A stretch of DNA of 63,568 nucleotides, filler included, from Craspedostauros australis (Eukaryota): NCBI GenBank assembly GCA_030167865.1. It is 9 parts of 9 records of this genome, joined end to end, with 100 filler letters (N's around TTAATTAATTAA, not from the genome) between each part and the next. Parts side by side here need not be neighbours in the genome. Positions count along the whole stretch, not along the records: positions 1 to 22,359 come from JALAGF010003306.1; positions 22,460 to 27,698 come from JALAGF010003311.1; 7 more parts are not named here. The stretch is one strand, 5' to 3'. The position numbers were made by a program, and so were the translations under genes. Below the pieces are notes generated by a model that saw only the letters and a list, made by a program, of their open reading frames with translations, did not search any database and was not told the DNA's origin. Shown here piece after piece: positions 12,001 through 22,460 of this stretch (position 1 is its first letter; each line of letters opens with the position of its first letter).

Positions 12001-14172
12001 ATTCGTAGTTCCAGAACTATGTAGCACGCAGGCTCGATAGAGAATCTACTCATAAACCGTTTGCCCATGTGGCATTGCGCAACGTGTCGCAGTTTTGTGG
12101 CGCGCTCATTGACAGTTGGGAGTGAATGGCACTGGGGCCGCAGATATTCCAAACAGCACCACAGCAACAGGCATAAAAAACCCTTACCGTTGAAAGCCTT
12201 CATCTCTTGCCTCACTCTTCCGATGTGGTTTGATGGACCCATGATTCCACTGAGAATGGATGCAATTAAATGGTCGAGGAGAGGTGCGCATGACCCGCAG
12301 GAGTCCGTCCATGTGCGGAATAGAAATGGAAGGGCAACGAGGAACACGATGACGACGGTGCAGTGATATTGATTGAGAATAGATTCTCGTACCGCAGCGT
12401 GAGAGTGTTGAATGGGGTACGCGATTTGGCAAACTGCAATGTCGATGGCGGCTATCACACCATCGCGTTGTGCACATACTCGCGCTCGTATATATGTATT
12501 GCGCAGCATAAGTAGCGTATGCCAACCTGACATTTTGCGAAACGAACTGAAGCCGAACGCACCTTGTATCGCCATACTCGTTCGACCCTTCGTGGCTGTG
12601 CAGCAATCCAAAGTTGTGTCCAATCTCATGCATGATAGTGATGATGTGATTCATGGCATGATCTGTTGGCTTTGATGCCCGAACATTGTAAGCAGAGATC
12701 TTTGCCCGTGGTCCTATGTAGCCATAGGCTGAGGGCGGGATGAAGAGGAAATGTCAGTATGTGCACAAGTATTTGCATGTAGTCGCATATATTTGTATGT
12801 ATTTGTATATGTGTGCACGTGCGCAAAGAGCGGTAGTGTGAGAATGCGATGTCGTACCGGAGGGTAACAATGCTCCATGTGAAATTGTTGCACAGACGTA
12901 CGAGTTGTACGGAACGTTGTGAGGGAGCATGGCGAATGCACCTTCGATAGTGCTGCATGAGAATCGGTACACATTCCCATTCGCGCAGATGATCATGCCT
13001 CTCGTGGTCAAACGATACAATGCTAGCACATTGACGCAAGCACGCATAACAACAACTGCTGCCTCCGGTATGGACCAAGAGGAATGCCCAACTCCAATCC
13101 GCTGTCAATGTCGCAACTCACCATACCACCGTCGACTTCCTCGGAATTCTGAACCGGCTGGAAAGATGAGGAAAATATGATCGTACTGCTGTTCCAGCCC
13201 AACAGCCCGCAAATCTTCCGCGATGATATCATCCAATGCCAGGACATCTTGTCCGGCTAGATTGGTATTGGATATCCAATCATAGATTCCATCGGTTACC
13301 AGGCCAGGGACGTCCTTGGAATACAGTGTGGTTTGACCATGCGAGACATGATGGAACTGCTCCATGAAAGTCAAGTCTGCTCGATCGAAGATGCCAGCAC
13401 GGACGTCTGCTTTCGGAACTTGGCCATCTGGAAAGACTGTCCGGACCACGAGAAAGGAGCGGTTGCCCGATGACAGTGGATTGAGTGATGAATGGCTTCC
13501 GTTTGCTTGTGACTCCTGTTGTTGTTGTTGTTGCTGTTGCTGGCGCTGGTGGTGATTCTGCCGTCCTGCTTGGTACTGCTGTTCAGACATCATTTCGTTC
13601 ATGTGTGGTTCGGCAAGCCGAATCTCCATGTCATCGACTGTCATGCCGCCTGGTAGTATGAGTTCTCTGCCATCTTCCGATATGATTGAACCTTCGAGGA
13701 ATAAGCTGTAGTCCTGTGCAGATATTGGCAACGATAGCGAGGGTGACGCCCAGGATGCCATCGTGGATGATTCCAACACGGAAGATAGTGTGGCCAGCTC
13801 AGGCGAACGCCGATCAATCCAGTCCATGTCCAGCCCTGGAATAGCGAGGGATAGATGGCCATGCTGATGCACATCGTTGCCGCGTAGCCTGCATACGACA
13901 TCCAATTCATCTGACGGTTGATCGGAATGGTCTTCCTGCACAAACGACACCCCAAGCGCAGATAGACGACACGGTTCACGGATGTACCGCTTGTGTCCAG
14001 CCCGCAGTGACGAAGACAAGCACGGCTGCAGCACCGATATGCAGACGAGGCATGCCAACGACGCGCATGTGCTGAATCGCCGCCTTGCCCGACTTATCAT
14101 CCGTATCCGTATCCGTATCCTTGGTTTGGTCATATTATTGATTGGCATTCTCGTCGTCGTTGCTGGGCGCAT
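9048..14172 (-). CDS. Secreted M11 (gametolysin-like) zinc metalloprotease fused to two frustulin-type ACR domains and Pro/Ser/Thr-rich stalks; multi-exon
   Basis: Inferred exons 14172-13122, 12713-12563, 12249-12188 and 11902-9048, with a possible extra mini-exon near 12941-12902. Splicing yields [22 protein letters not shown] (metzincin HExxHxxGxxH plus Met-turn) and [15 protein letters not shown] motifs [18 protein letters not shown] and [18 protein letters not shown]. Hydrophobic N-terminal segment. Confidence 0.8.
9459..9670 (-). repeat. 12-bp coding tandem repeat (PSIE/PSVE)n, about 17 copies
   Basis: GGATGGTTCGA(T/C) units on the + strand, translating to PSVEPSIE... in the protease stalk. 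Confidence 0.95.
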
Positions 14173-15019
14173 TGTTGTCCTTCAGCAGAGCGTTGTCGAT
14201 ATCGCCATTGCCATCAACGATTTCCCCAGCCTCTTGTCAGTTCTTGTGTCTGCGAGTGAATGGGTCGGTAGGTCGGTGGGTCAGTGGGTCAGTGGCTGGG
14301 AGGCTTTTTCTGTCGTTGGCGTCGTTGGCGTCGTTGATGTTGTTGTTGTTGTTGTGGTTGTTGACGTTGATGTGCTCTTCTTATTTGCCTTCCCCTTCCT
14401 TGTGTTCTCCTCTATTCTCCTCTTCTCCTGGTTGCTCCCCTGCTCCGTGCACCTTTGATCGCGACTGTCTTGCGATGAACAATCGACCAATCAACCCTCC
14501 CACCTCAAAGTGGATGTCAATGCCGCTCGCCTCTTTTGCGTCTTTGCCTCTCTTGTGATGCCGCCGATGACAAACACAAAGAATACTTCCGCTTCTTCAC
14601 CTCTCCCTCTCCGTGTGCGCGTGTGCAAAACAAACCACACGCAGGCAACAACGACAAACAGAATGCCCCTTGCCACCAAATCTTACCAACCGTGCAAAAC
14701 AACAAGTCCCGAGTCCATTTTGTGAGCAAAAAAGGTGGCCAATTTTGGCTCCGTTGGAAAACACGGTCCATAAATGATCCGTGCGACTACAGTGAACGGA
14801 TGTTCGTGTTCGCAAGACAGGAACGATGGCGCCATTCCCAACACCACATGAAAGGAACGGCATGTCCCAATCGCCTCCACCTCCCGCCTCCTCTCGCGCA
14901 GATACTCGTGCGCCTGCCCGCAATGTTGCGATAGTGGCGTGCCAACAAAATAGTGGCTTCTGCGATGATCGCCACCGCCAACGCTGGGGTCGTCTCCTCT
15001 TGTGGTGTTTTGTTGTGAC

Positions 15020-16861
15020 ATGATGGCCTTGCTGATCAGGGGAACAAACGTTCGCCAAAGATACCTCATCAACCGCAGCGGCCAGAATCCATCGAACGTC
15101 CAGTTGGTGACATCCACCGTGCAGCTGTTGCTCGTCGTGGTGGTTGTGGCACTGTTGGTGTTGTCACAGTCGTCGACGATTGTGAGCGCCGATCAGCAAC
15201 AACAGAAGCAGCAGCATTTGCAGTTGGAGGAAGCATCGTGCTCTGCCAATGGCATCGATGAGAGCCATGATTGCGCGGCTTCGTCTTCGTCTTCGGCATC
15301 GGTTCATCCAAATCCCAGTTCCAAGGTACCGGAGACATGCGGTCTTGTGATGGCGCAGTCGTCAATCCCTGGTGCTGGGTGGGGAGTTTTCTCGTTGGTG
15401 GAGCGGGACGCTGGGTCGTCGTTGCTGGAGGGCGGGGAGGTGGTTCTGCACATCACGGATCCCAACCCTCAGACAGCTAGTGGAATGAAGCGTCTGGTGT
15501 GGGACTATGCCTGGAATGGTCAGGAGATGGGCGGTCAGTACGAAGGGCAACGCGTTCTGTCTATCAGCGCGACAGGCGTACTTGCCAATGGCCACTTGAG
15601 TATGTTTAACATCAAGCAGAAGAATCCAAAGATGGACGGTGCTGGTGTTGCACGCGCCGATTCCCCGGGCGCAGGTTCATTCACCCATTACCACGGCTTG
15701 GAATGGTTTGTCCGGAAGGATCTTCATAGTGGAGATGAAATCTTCCTGGACTACGGCAACGATTGGTTTCGTGAGCGGGGATACGGCAGCACGCCAGCTC
15801 TGCGAAAACGCTCGATACCATGGCTTCGTGAGAATGGATATTGCCTCGACAATTTGATGCCTGGCAATTCCACCATCCCGCACGCAGGACGGGGAGCATT
15901 CGCATCGCGCGATATGGTGCAAGGCAGCATCCTCGCACCGATCCCCGTCCTTCCCGTCGCCAGATCAAGCTTGGTCTTCCTCAAGCAACGGCAAAGCGGC
16001 GAGATCGACACATCGCAGCAACTCGTGCTGAACTACTGCTTTGGGCACAATGATTCGTCCATCCTCTTGTTCCCGTACGCTCCGCGGGCGTATCTGGTCA
16101 ACCACAGCTTGCGCAAAGCGAATGCTGCAGTGCAATGGTCGGCGGCCAGCAGCCAGTTGTCTCTTGGCTTGTCGCCCACCGAGCTGCTGGAGTCGAAATC
16201 GCAGCTTCTGCTGGAACTGGTAGCTACGCGCCCCATTTCCAAAGGTGAAGAAATCATGGTGGATTATGGCGAGGCATGGGAAGAGGCCTGGCTGAATCAC
16301 ATCATCTCGTGGTCATCCAAAAACCGTGCGAGTAGCAAGAGCGATGATGGCGATGCCTACGAATATGTGAGTGCAAGTTCCCTGAACCAACGACAAGCCG
16401 AACTGCGCACCGACAAGGAACAGCGAGGAGCAAACTCATACCCAAACAACATCTTCACATCATGCTACTACGACTATAATAACGCGATGGTTCCAACGCA
16501 GAGCAGTGACGCCGGACGAGGCAATCAAGTTCGTTGGGATTCGTCGTCGTCATCTTCAAACACCTTCGAATCGAGGCATCTTCGACCGTGCATCGTGATG
16601 GATCGCCTGCAAAGTGCGACTCCTGGCACTGATGAAAATCTGTATACCGTGCTCCTGATGAACCGTCCAGGCCTTCGACAGCATCAGCGCATCCCGAAAC
16701 ACAAATCGCCGTTCATTGTGACGCACGTGCCGCGAAGAGCAATCCAGTTCTCGGATAAGATGTACACGACAGATCAACATCTGAACGACGCATTTCGGCA
16801 TGAAATTGGATTGCCCGACGCTCCGTATCCTGCGATTTGGAAAGACCTCGAACCTCATTAG
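15020..16861 (+). CDS. Secreted/ER-targeted tandem SET-domain protein methyltransferase (diatom BacSET-like), paralog 2
   Basis: Hydrophobic leader LLLVVVVVALLVLSQSSTIVSA-DQ. SET1 'SSIPGAGWGVF...LANGH...GDEIFLDYG'. SET2 'STIPHAGRGAFA...NYCFGH...YLVNH...KGEEIMVDYG'. Shares the C-terminal 'LRPC...YTTDQHL..AFRH.IGL' with paralog 1. Confidence 0.82.
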   Translation: MMALLIRGTNVRQRYLINRSGQNPSNVQLVTSTVQLLLVVVVVALLVLSQSSTIVSADQQQQKQQHLQLEEASCSANGIDESHDCAASSSSSASVHPNPSSKVPETCGLVMAQSSIPGAGWGVFSLVERDAGSSLLEGGEVVLHITDPNPQTASGMKRLVWDYAWNGQEMGGQYEGQRVLSISATGVLANGHLSMFNIKQKNPKMDGAGVARADSPGAGSFTHYHGLEWFVRKDLHSGDEIFLDYGNDWFRERGYGSTPALRKRSIPWLRENGYCLDNLMPGNSTIPHAGRGAFASRDMVQGSILAPIPVLPVARSSLVFLKQRQSGEIDTSQQLVLNYCFGHNDSSILLFPYAPRAYLVNHSLRKANAAVQWSAASSQLSLGLSPTELLESKSQLLLELVATRPISKGEEIMVDYGEAWEEAWLNHIISWSSKNRASSKSDDGDAYEYVSASSLNQRQAELRTDKEQRGANSYPNNIFTSCYYDYNNAMVPTQSSDAGRGNQVRWDSSSSSSNTFESRHLRPCIVMDRLQSATPGTDENLYTVLLMNRPGLRQHQRIPKHKSPFIVTHVPRRAIQFSDKMYTTDQHLNDAFRHEIGLPDAPYPAIWKDLEPH

Positions 16862-17406
16862 AGACGATTAGAACATATCATAACAGAATATAATGAAATA
16901 CTACTATATATAATAGAATATAATACATACTGAGCAGAACAGAGCAGAGTGAAGACAGCATGGGGTAGCTGCAAAAGTGGACGAAAGTAGCGCGGGTCCT
17001 AGTCCGTAGTTTGTCGCAGAAGACGTTTTGTTGTTTTCGGAAGTGAGTCAGAACTCGTGATTTGCTCCATTTTATTGACTCCGCCGACCCAATGACATCC
17101 AAACGAACGAAAAAATGATGACGAAGACACGTTGATCACGCGACGTCGCTGCGAAAAATGGAACCAGAACCGAAGACGTGCGCGATCCACGAACGCGCAC
17201 TCGTCGCACACACCGTCCCTCTTTGAAGTTCTGAGACGTACGCAGACACACAGAGACGGCAACGTGTCTCGGCATTCCGTTTTGTTGCGCCTTCGAACCT
17301 CACAACAAACCACAAACCACCAACACACTCCCTGCATTCCTTCCATACGGAGACCATACATACATACTCGCACATCGACAACAACGACAACATCGACAAC
17401 ATCAAG

Positions 17407-18293
17407 ATGGCTGAAGAACTGAAGGAATACACTCTCGAGGAGATCTCCGGACACACAACCGAGGCCGACTGCTGGTTGATCATTGGAAATGCCACGAACG
17501 GTGCGTTACTCTTGCAGTATCGTGCTGCTGTTGCTGCGCTCTACACTCTGACCATGCTTGGCCATGGCTCGGTACAGGATTCCATCCTTGTAGAATAGCA
17601 TTGCGAATTGCAATGAGCGTGGCTTGTACAGGCAACAGTTGCGACTGGGAATGAGCAAGCTTGAGATGGGGATCGACTTCAAGTGATTGCATCAAACTGT
17701 TGATGCAAGCGACTATGCAGTGCTGTGATGGTAGCTGGTGATGTGGCTTCGCAATGATGGTTTCTTTTGTTCAACTTCTTTTTGTGTGTTGCGTGTGGCC
17801 CTTCAGAAGCCCAGCGGCAGGCTTCACATCCATACTGTCAAGGCGCATCGGTACGTCCCACCCTCTCCACCTTCGTCGCATTCTCTCATCTTCCCGTCCT
17901 TCCTCTCGAACTCCCATTCGCCATCATCGCAAATACCCAATACCATACGTATCAATCGCAATCACAACACAATCACAAATCGCACGATGAACAGGCGGGC
18001 CCAAGGTGTACAACGTTTCGAAATACCTCGACGATCATCCAGGTGGTGCCGAAGTCCTGCTGGATGTCGCCGGAAAGGACGCAGATGAATTCTTCGAGGA
18101 TATTGGACATTCGAAGGAGGCCCGAGAGGAATTGAGCAAGTATTTGGTCGGGAAGGTGAAGCTGGACGCAGCCGCGATCGCAAAGATGAAGGCCGATGCC
18201 GAAGCTCGGGCGCAGCAGGGTGGCAGCAGCATGACCGTCGTTATCCTCGTTGTCTTGATCGCCATCGTCGCTGCCTACATGAAGTTCAAATGA
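17407..18293 (+). CDS. CYB5: Cytochrome b5, tail-anchored; 2 exons (17407-17500, 17995-18293)
   Basis: EYTLEEI..H....DCWLII joined to [17 protein letters not shown]...FFEDIGHS. C-terminal transmembrane helix. GT-AG intron 17501-17994 keeps the frame. Confidence 0.93.
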
Positions 18294-18891
18294 GAACCTT
18301 GCCGCAGCACACAGATGGCGCAAACGCGGGAGAGGGTGCGACTATCTACGAGCTATGTTGCACCTATTTCAGTTCATCCCCGGAGCATTGCCTGTGGAAC
18401 GAAAGCGTTGTGCGCAACTGAACGTAGAATGGAGTGGGGAAGAGTCGGAGCACTCGGACTGTCACAACATACATTTGCATTTGCGCACACAAGCAGATGC
18501 AGGCACGCGAGATGAAGCCATCGGAGCGACCATCTGATCGTAGAATCGATCCGGTCAACAAGGGAGTACGATGGCGAGTGATACAGACCACCGCGTTACA
18601 CCATACTTGTGTGCTCTACGAGTATGGCACAGTACTAACAACAAACACAGCAATTTGTAACACTGATAGCAGCATCGTCAACGCGAAAACCAACAGGCAG
18701 CTCGTGAGTTCGCAAGTATTAGACTGAAAACAAGCTTTGCCTCGATTACATAGCTCATATGTGCTAGTATTACCGGAGCTAGACTATTGTTAGAATAGTA
18801 GAGCAGATGGGTTGGCTTCCTGAAGGAAAGTGGCGGGCACTGCCGAAGAATGCGGAATTGGTTGCTGAGGAAGGGTCGTGATGCCAGCCCG

Positions 18892-21142
18892 CTACTTCAA
18901 AGGTGGCCCACTGTCATCGTCGCTGTCGTCATCGCTGTCATCGTCATCGCTGTCATCGTCATCGCTGTCATCGTCGTCGCTGTCATCGTCGCTGGTATCG
19001 TCCTTCACAACTTCACCACTTGGCGCGTAGTGGTGATGGATTTCCGTGACGGACGAGCCAGCCCTTCCAGGCCCCACCACGCTGCTCATGCCTCCCATCT
19101 CCAACGACCGGCGGTAGCAAGCCCAAATGGCCTGTAGGTCGTACAGAGTTGCGCCGTGGCGTTTGGTAGCGGGGTATGGTAAGTATAACAGTGCGACCAC
19201 GAATGCAGCGGAATATTCGAAGTGAGCAGAGTAGTGATGGCGCAAAGCAAAGCAAACAGTGAGAGAGAGGAGGGAGAAGATGGACGTTGATTTGTGAGAA
19301 GCAGAGCAATCAACCGGCCAATCAACAGATCAATCAAAGGGTTCCATCGTCGGCCACTCCATCATTCCCAGTCTGGGTGCGGTCGCATGCTCAATAATCG
19401 CAGCAGTGGCAATAGCAGTAGCCGCAAGAGAAAAACATGGAGATCCGGTTCGATCCGGCAGATCATGGGAGTACCAATATCCCAATGTCTGCCGCACGCT
19501 GGAATCACGCCATACTCGTACTCACATCCAAGATGACTGTGCGGAACCTCCCGTTCTCGAGTTCATAGATCGCCGAAGCTGTCGTGCCCGCGGGGGATGT
19601 CACCATGTTCCGAAGGATGGCGGGATGTTCTCCAGTTTTCATGGCAAACATTGTGGAACCCATCAGGGTGTGATAGCACAAAGTGGTGGCAGTCTCTCGA
19701 GGGAATCCCATGTGCACCCCGGCGTCGATCATTGCCTCCATCAACAGGAAGATATAGGCAGGACCGCTGCCACTGAGGGATGTACTCATGTCCACGAACT
19801 TCTCATCATCGACAAAGATCTACGAAGAGAAATAGAGTGCATCGTGCGTTGTCGCACATTCAGATGCAGCGTGTGGCAGCGCGGATATGCAGAGAGAAAG
19901 AGAGAGAGAGGGTCAGAACTCGGGGACCGGAAAAAAAGAAGTGACCCTTGACATCAAAAGTTGTGAGCGAATGAGATTGTGAGCTCCAAAGATGACAGGA
20001 ATGTCCATGCTCACACCAGCACACGCACACACACCCGCCCCTACATCCTTGCGCGCGCTTGCAGAAGGAAAAGGCCACCGATACAAAAGCATGCCCATTC
20101 TCCACCAGTTCGCATGCCAGTAGAAGACTCACCTCTTTCCCGAATGTCTCCAAGACATTCCTCACGTTGTCGCGATCATCGGTGGAGAGGTTGGGCGTGC
20201 AAGACCACACGGAGACGCCCTGTCCGATTTGTGCTGGCGTGTTGGGCATGGCTCGGACGATCTTCTGGTACCTGGATGGTTTCAGATCCGCAATCTGTGT
20301 GCCCGCCAGAATGCTGAGCAATGTGGCATCTGGATCGACGGTGTCAGGGAATTGGTTGAAGAATTGAGGACTAATGTTCTGTGGTTTGACACCGAGAATG
20401 ACCAGACCGGCATCTGATTGACGGGGAGTGGAGAGAAGGAATTGGAATTGAAGGGCAGATGGGCCATACGAGCAGAACTCGGGTGAATGCGGGAGTTGAT
20501 GTGAGAGATGTGCCTCATGTTCAGGGCAGCTTGACTGCAGCACGACTGCAGAGGATTGCAGAACTTTGGTCGACAACGGCCGCATCGATACAGAGGGATC
20601 TTGAGCAACGAGTTGCGCTGCTGCTTCGAGCCTTTCCCAATGCTTTGTTCCTTGTGTTCTTCATGATCATTCCCCCCACAAAGCAACCGTTGGAGTGGTG
20701 CTGTGCAGTCATTCTCTTTCGTTCTGCAACGTCGTCTGCATACAACTACGGTTGTGGCATTCATCAATCACTATTCCTCCACTGCATGGCACGATTGCCG
20801 ATGATGCGTACCTGTCGTAGCATCTTCGATGGTTTGCGCACGTTGGATATCCGGAAACATCTTCTTCACAGTTTTGATGGTGGATGAGGAGACGTCGTAC
20901 ACGGCGATCTTGTCAGCGGGTTGCAGGCCCGTGTTGACGAGAGGTGCGAGCATCGCCTGGACCATCTTTCCAGCACCGATGATGGCGATCTTGTCGTACA
21001 TTCGTGATGATGGTGGCGCAGAACCCGACGGTGATGTCGAAAACCATGATGAGGAGATAGCGGTACTGCGCATCCATGGCGAAGCCTGTCGCATAGATGG
21101 GGCCGCGATTCGCCGCGAGGCCGTGAGGATCGAAGAGAGCAT
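18892..21142 (-). CDS. proC: Pyrroline-5-carboxylate reductase with mitochondrial-type presequence; 4 exons (21142-20812, 20413-20133, 19819-19526, 19131-18892)
   Basis: IAIIGAGKM (Rossmann fold), LGVKPQ, VRAMPNTP, SGSGPAY, VTSPAGTT, AIWACYRRSLEM. All introns are GT-AG and in phase. Confidence 0.92.
18910..18995 (-). repeat. Imperfect 12/15-bp coding repeat giving an acidic (DDDDS)n tail on P5CR
   Basis: GCTGTCATCGTCATC-type units on the + strand. Confidence 0.85.
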
Positions 21143-21374
21143 GTCGCTGTGTTGGTCAGTATGGTGGCTATACTCGTACGTGTGGCACGCAGTTCTGTTT
21201 GCGCTTCTGATCGAGGTTCTGTTGGAAGCAGACGTGGAGTATCTTGCGTTGTATTCTACAATACAAGTTTGTATGGTGTGGTACGACTATTCGTACGGGT
21301 ACGACTATGTGTTCGATTGATGCCTCTTGCCAAGTTTTGTGTGATTCTGAAGAGCAGTGTTGTTGGCTGTTGTT

Positions 21375-21406
<32 letters not shown>

Positions 21407-22359
21407 AATCGCAATCCTGCTCCCTTGTGTACGAACAGCGTAGGAGGCCTCTTGATCGCAGGCGTAGCTGCAAACAGTGTGATGCTTGTTGTTCCTGTTC
21501 CTGTTCTCGTTGCTGTCACTGTTGTTGCTGGACGTTCTTTTTGTGATTTGTGCCGTGCTTCCCGTATCCACAACTGACACCCATCATTTTGTGGCATGCC
21601 AGGCCGAAAAACGCCAGTGATGGCTCCAACCAGACACGTTGCTATCCAGAAACGAAATGAGTGCAAATTGATACTAGATACCTCATCCGAGATATATAAT
21701 TGGATACCTTTAAAGATGTATACCGTTTTTGCCCATCGTCTTTTTGGCGAGCGGCATCTGACGTCAGAATGTCCCATGTGACAGTGACCCATCCCAACAC
21801 TTAAGCGCATCCTGGATGTTCCAAAGAACTTCCTTCGCGCTTTTTCGCCCTCATGCCAGCACGGTCACGAAAGCACCAATCCACAAATGTCGCAGTTTCT
21901 GTCAATCCAACCAGCGATCGAACAGAGCACAAAGTGGCGATAGAGCGTGGGAGAACGGGTAGAGCCAAGAGCCACCAGGGGGGGGGGGGAAAGACGGTAA
22001 TTTTGCATTTCCCATGATAAGGCAACAACAGTTTCTTCCATAATCTACAGTCCAAAAGTCAAAAACCAAACTGAAAATTTGCCATCTTTCAGCCTTCTTC
22101 CTGTCAGTTGTTTGCACAATCATCCTGATTTATGCAAAACCCAGATTCGTGGCTCCATTTTTGACTTTTACACCCTGTCGCCTGATCGTGTGTGTTGTCC
22201 GGACATTCCTCATTGTCATGGCCAACTTGTGCTTCCTTCTACTCTCCCACTACCCACACAATGTCATTCTTCTTGTGGTACAAATCAACCATTCAGTACT
22301 TCCTCGTTTGTTCCGACTATCATGAGCACACTACATCCACAATAGATTCTTCAAAGGTG

Positions 22360-22459
22360 NNNNNNNNNNNNNNNNNNNNNNNNNNNNNNNNNNNNNNNNN
22401 NNNTTAATTAATTAANNNNNNNNNNNNNNNNNNNNNNNNNNNNNNNNNNNNNNNNNNNN
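22360..22459. other. Artificial contig linker (N-run, TTAATTAATTAA, N-run; 100 nt)
   Basis: Spacer with stops in all six frames. The same linker occurs at 27699-27798, 44144-44243, 49078-49177, 55576-55675, 58557-58656, 59985-60084 and 62378-62477. Confidence 0.98.
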
Positions 22460-22460
22460 C

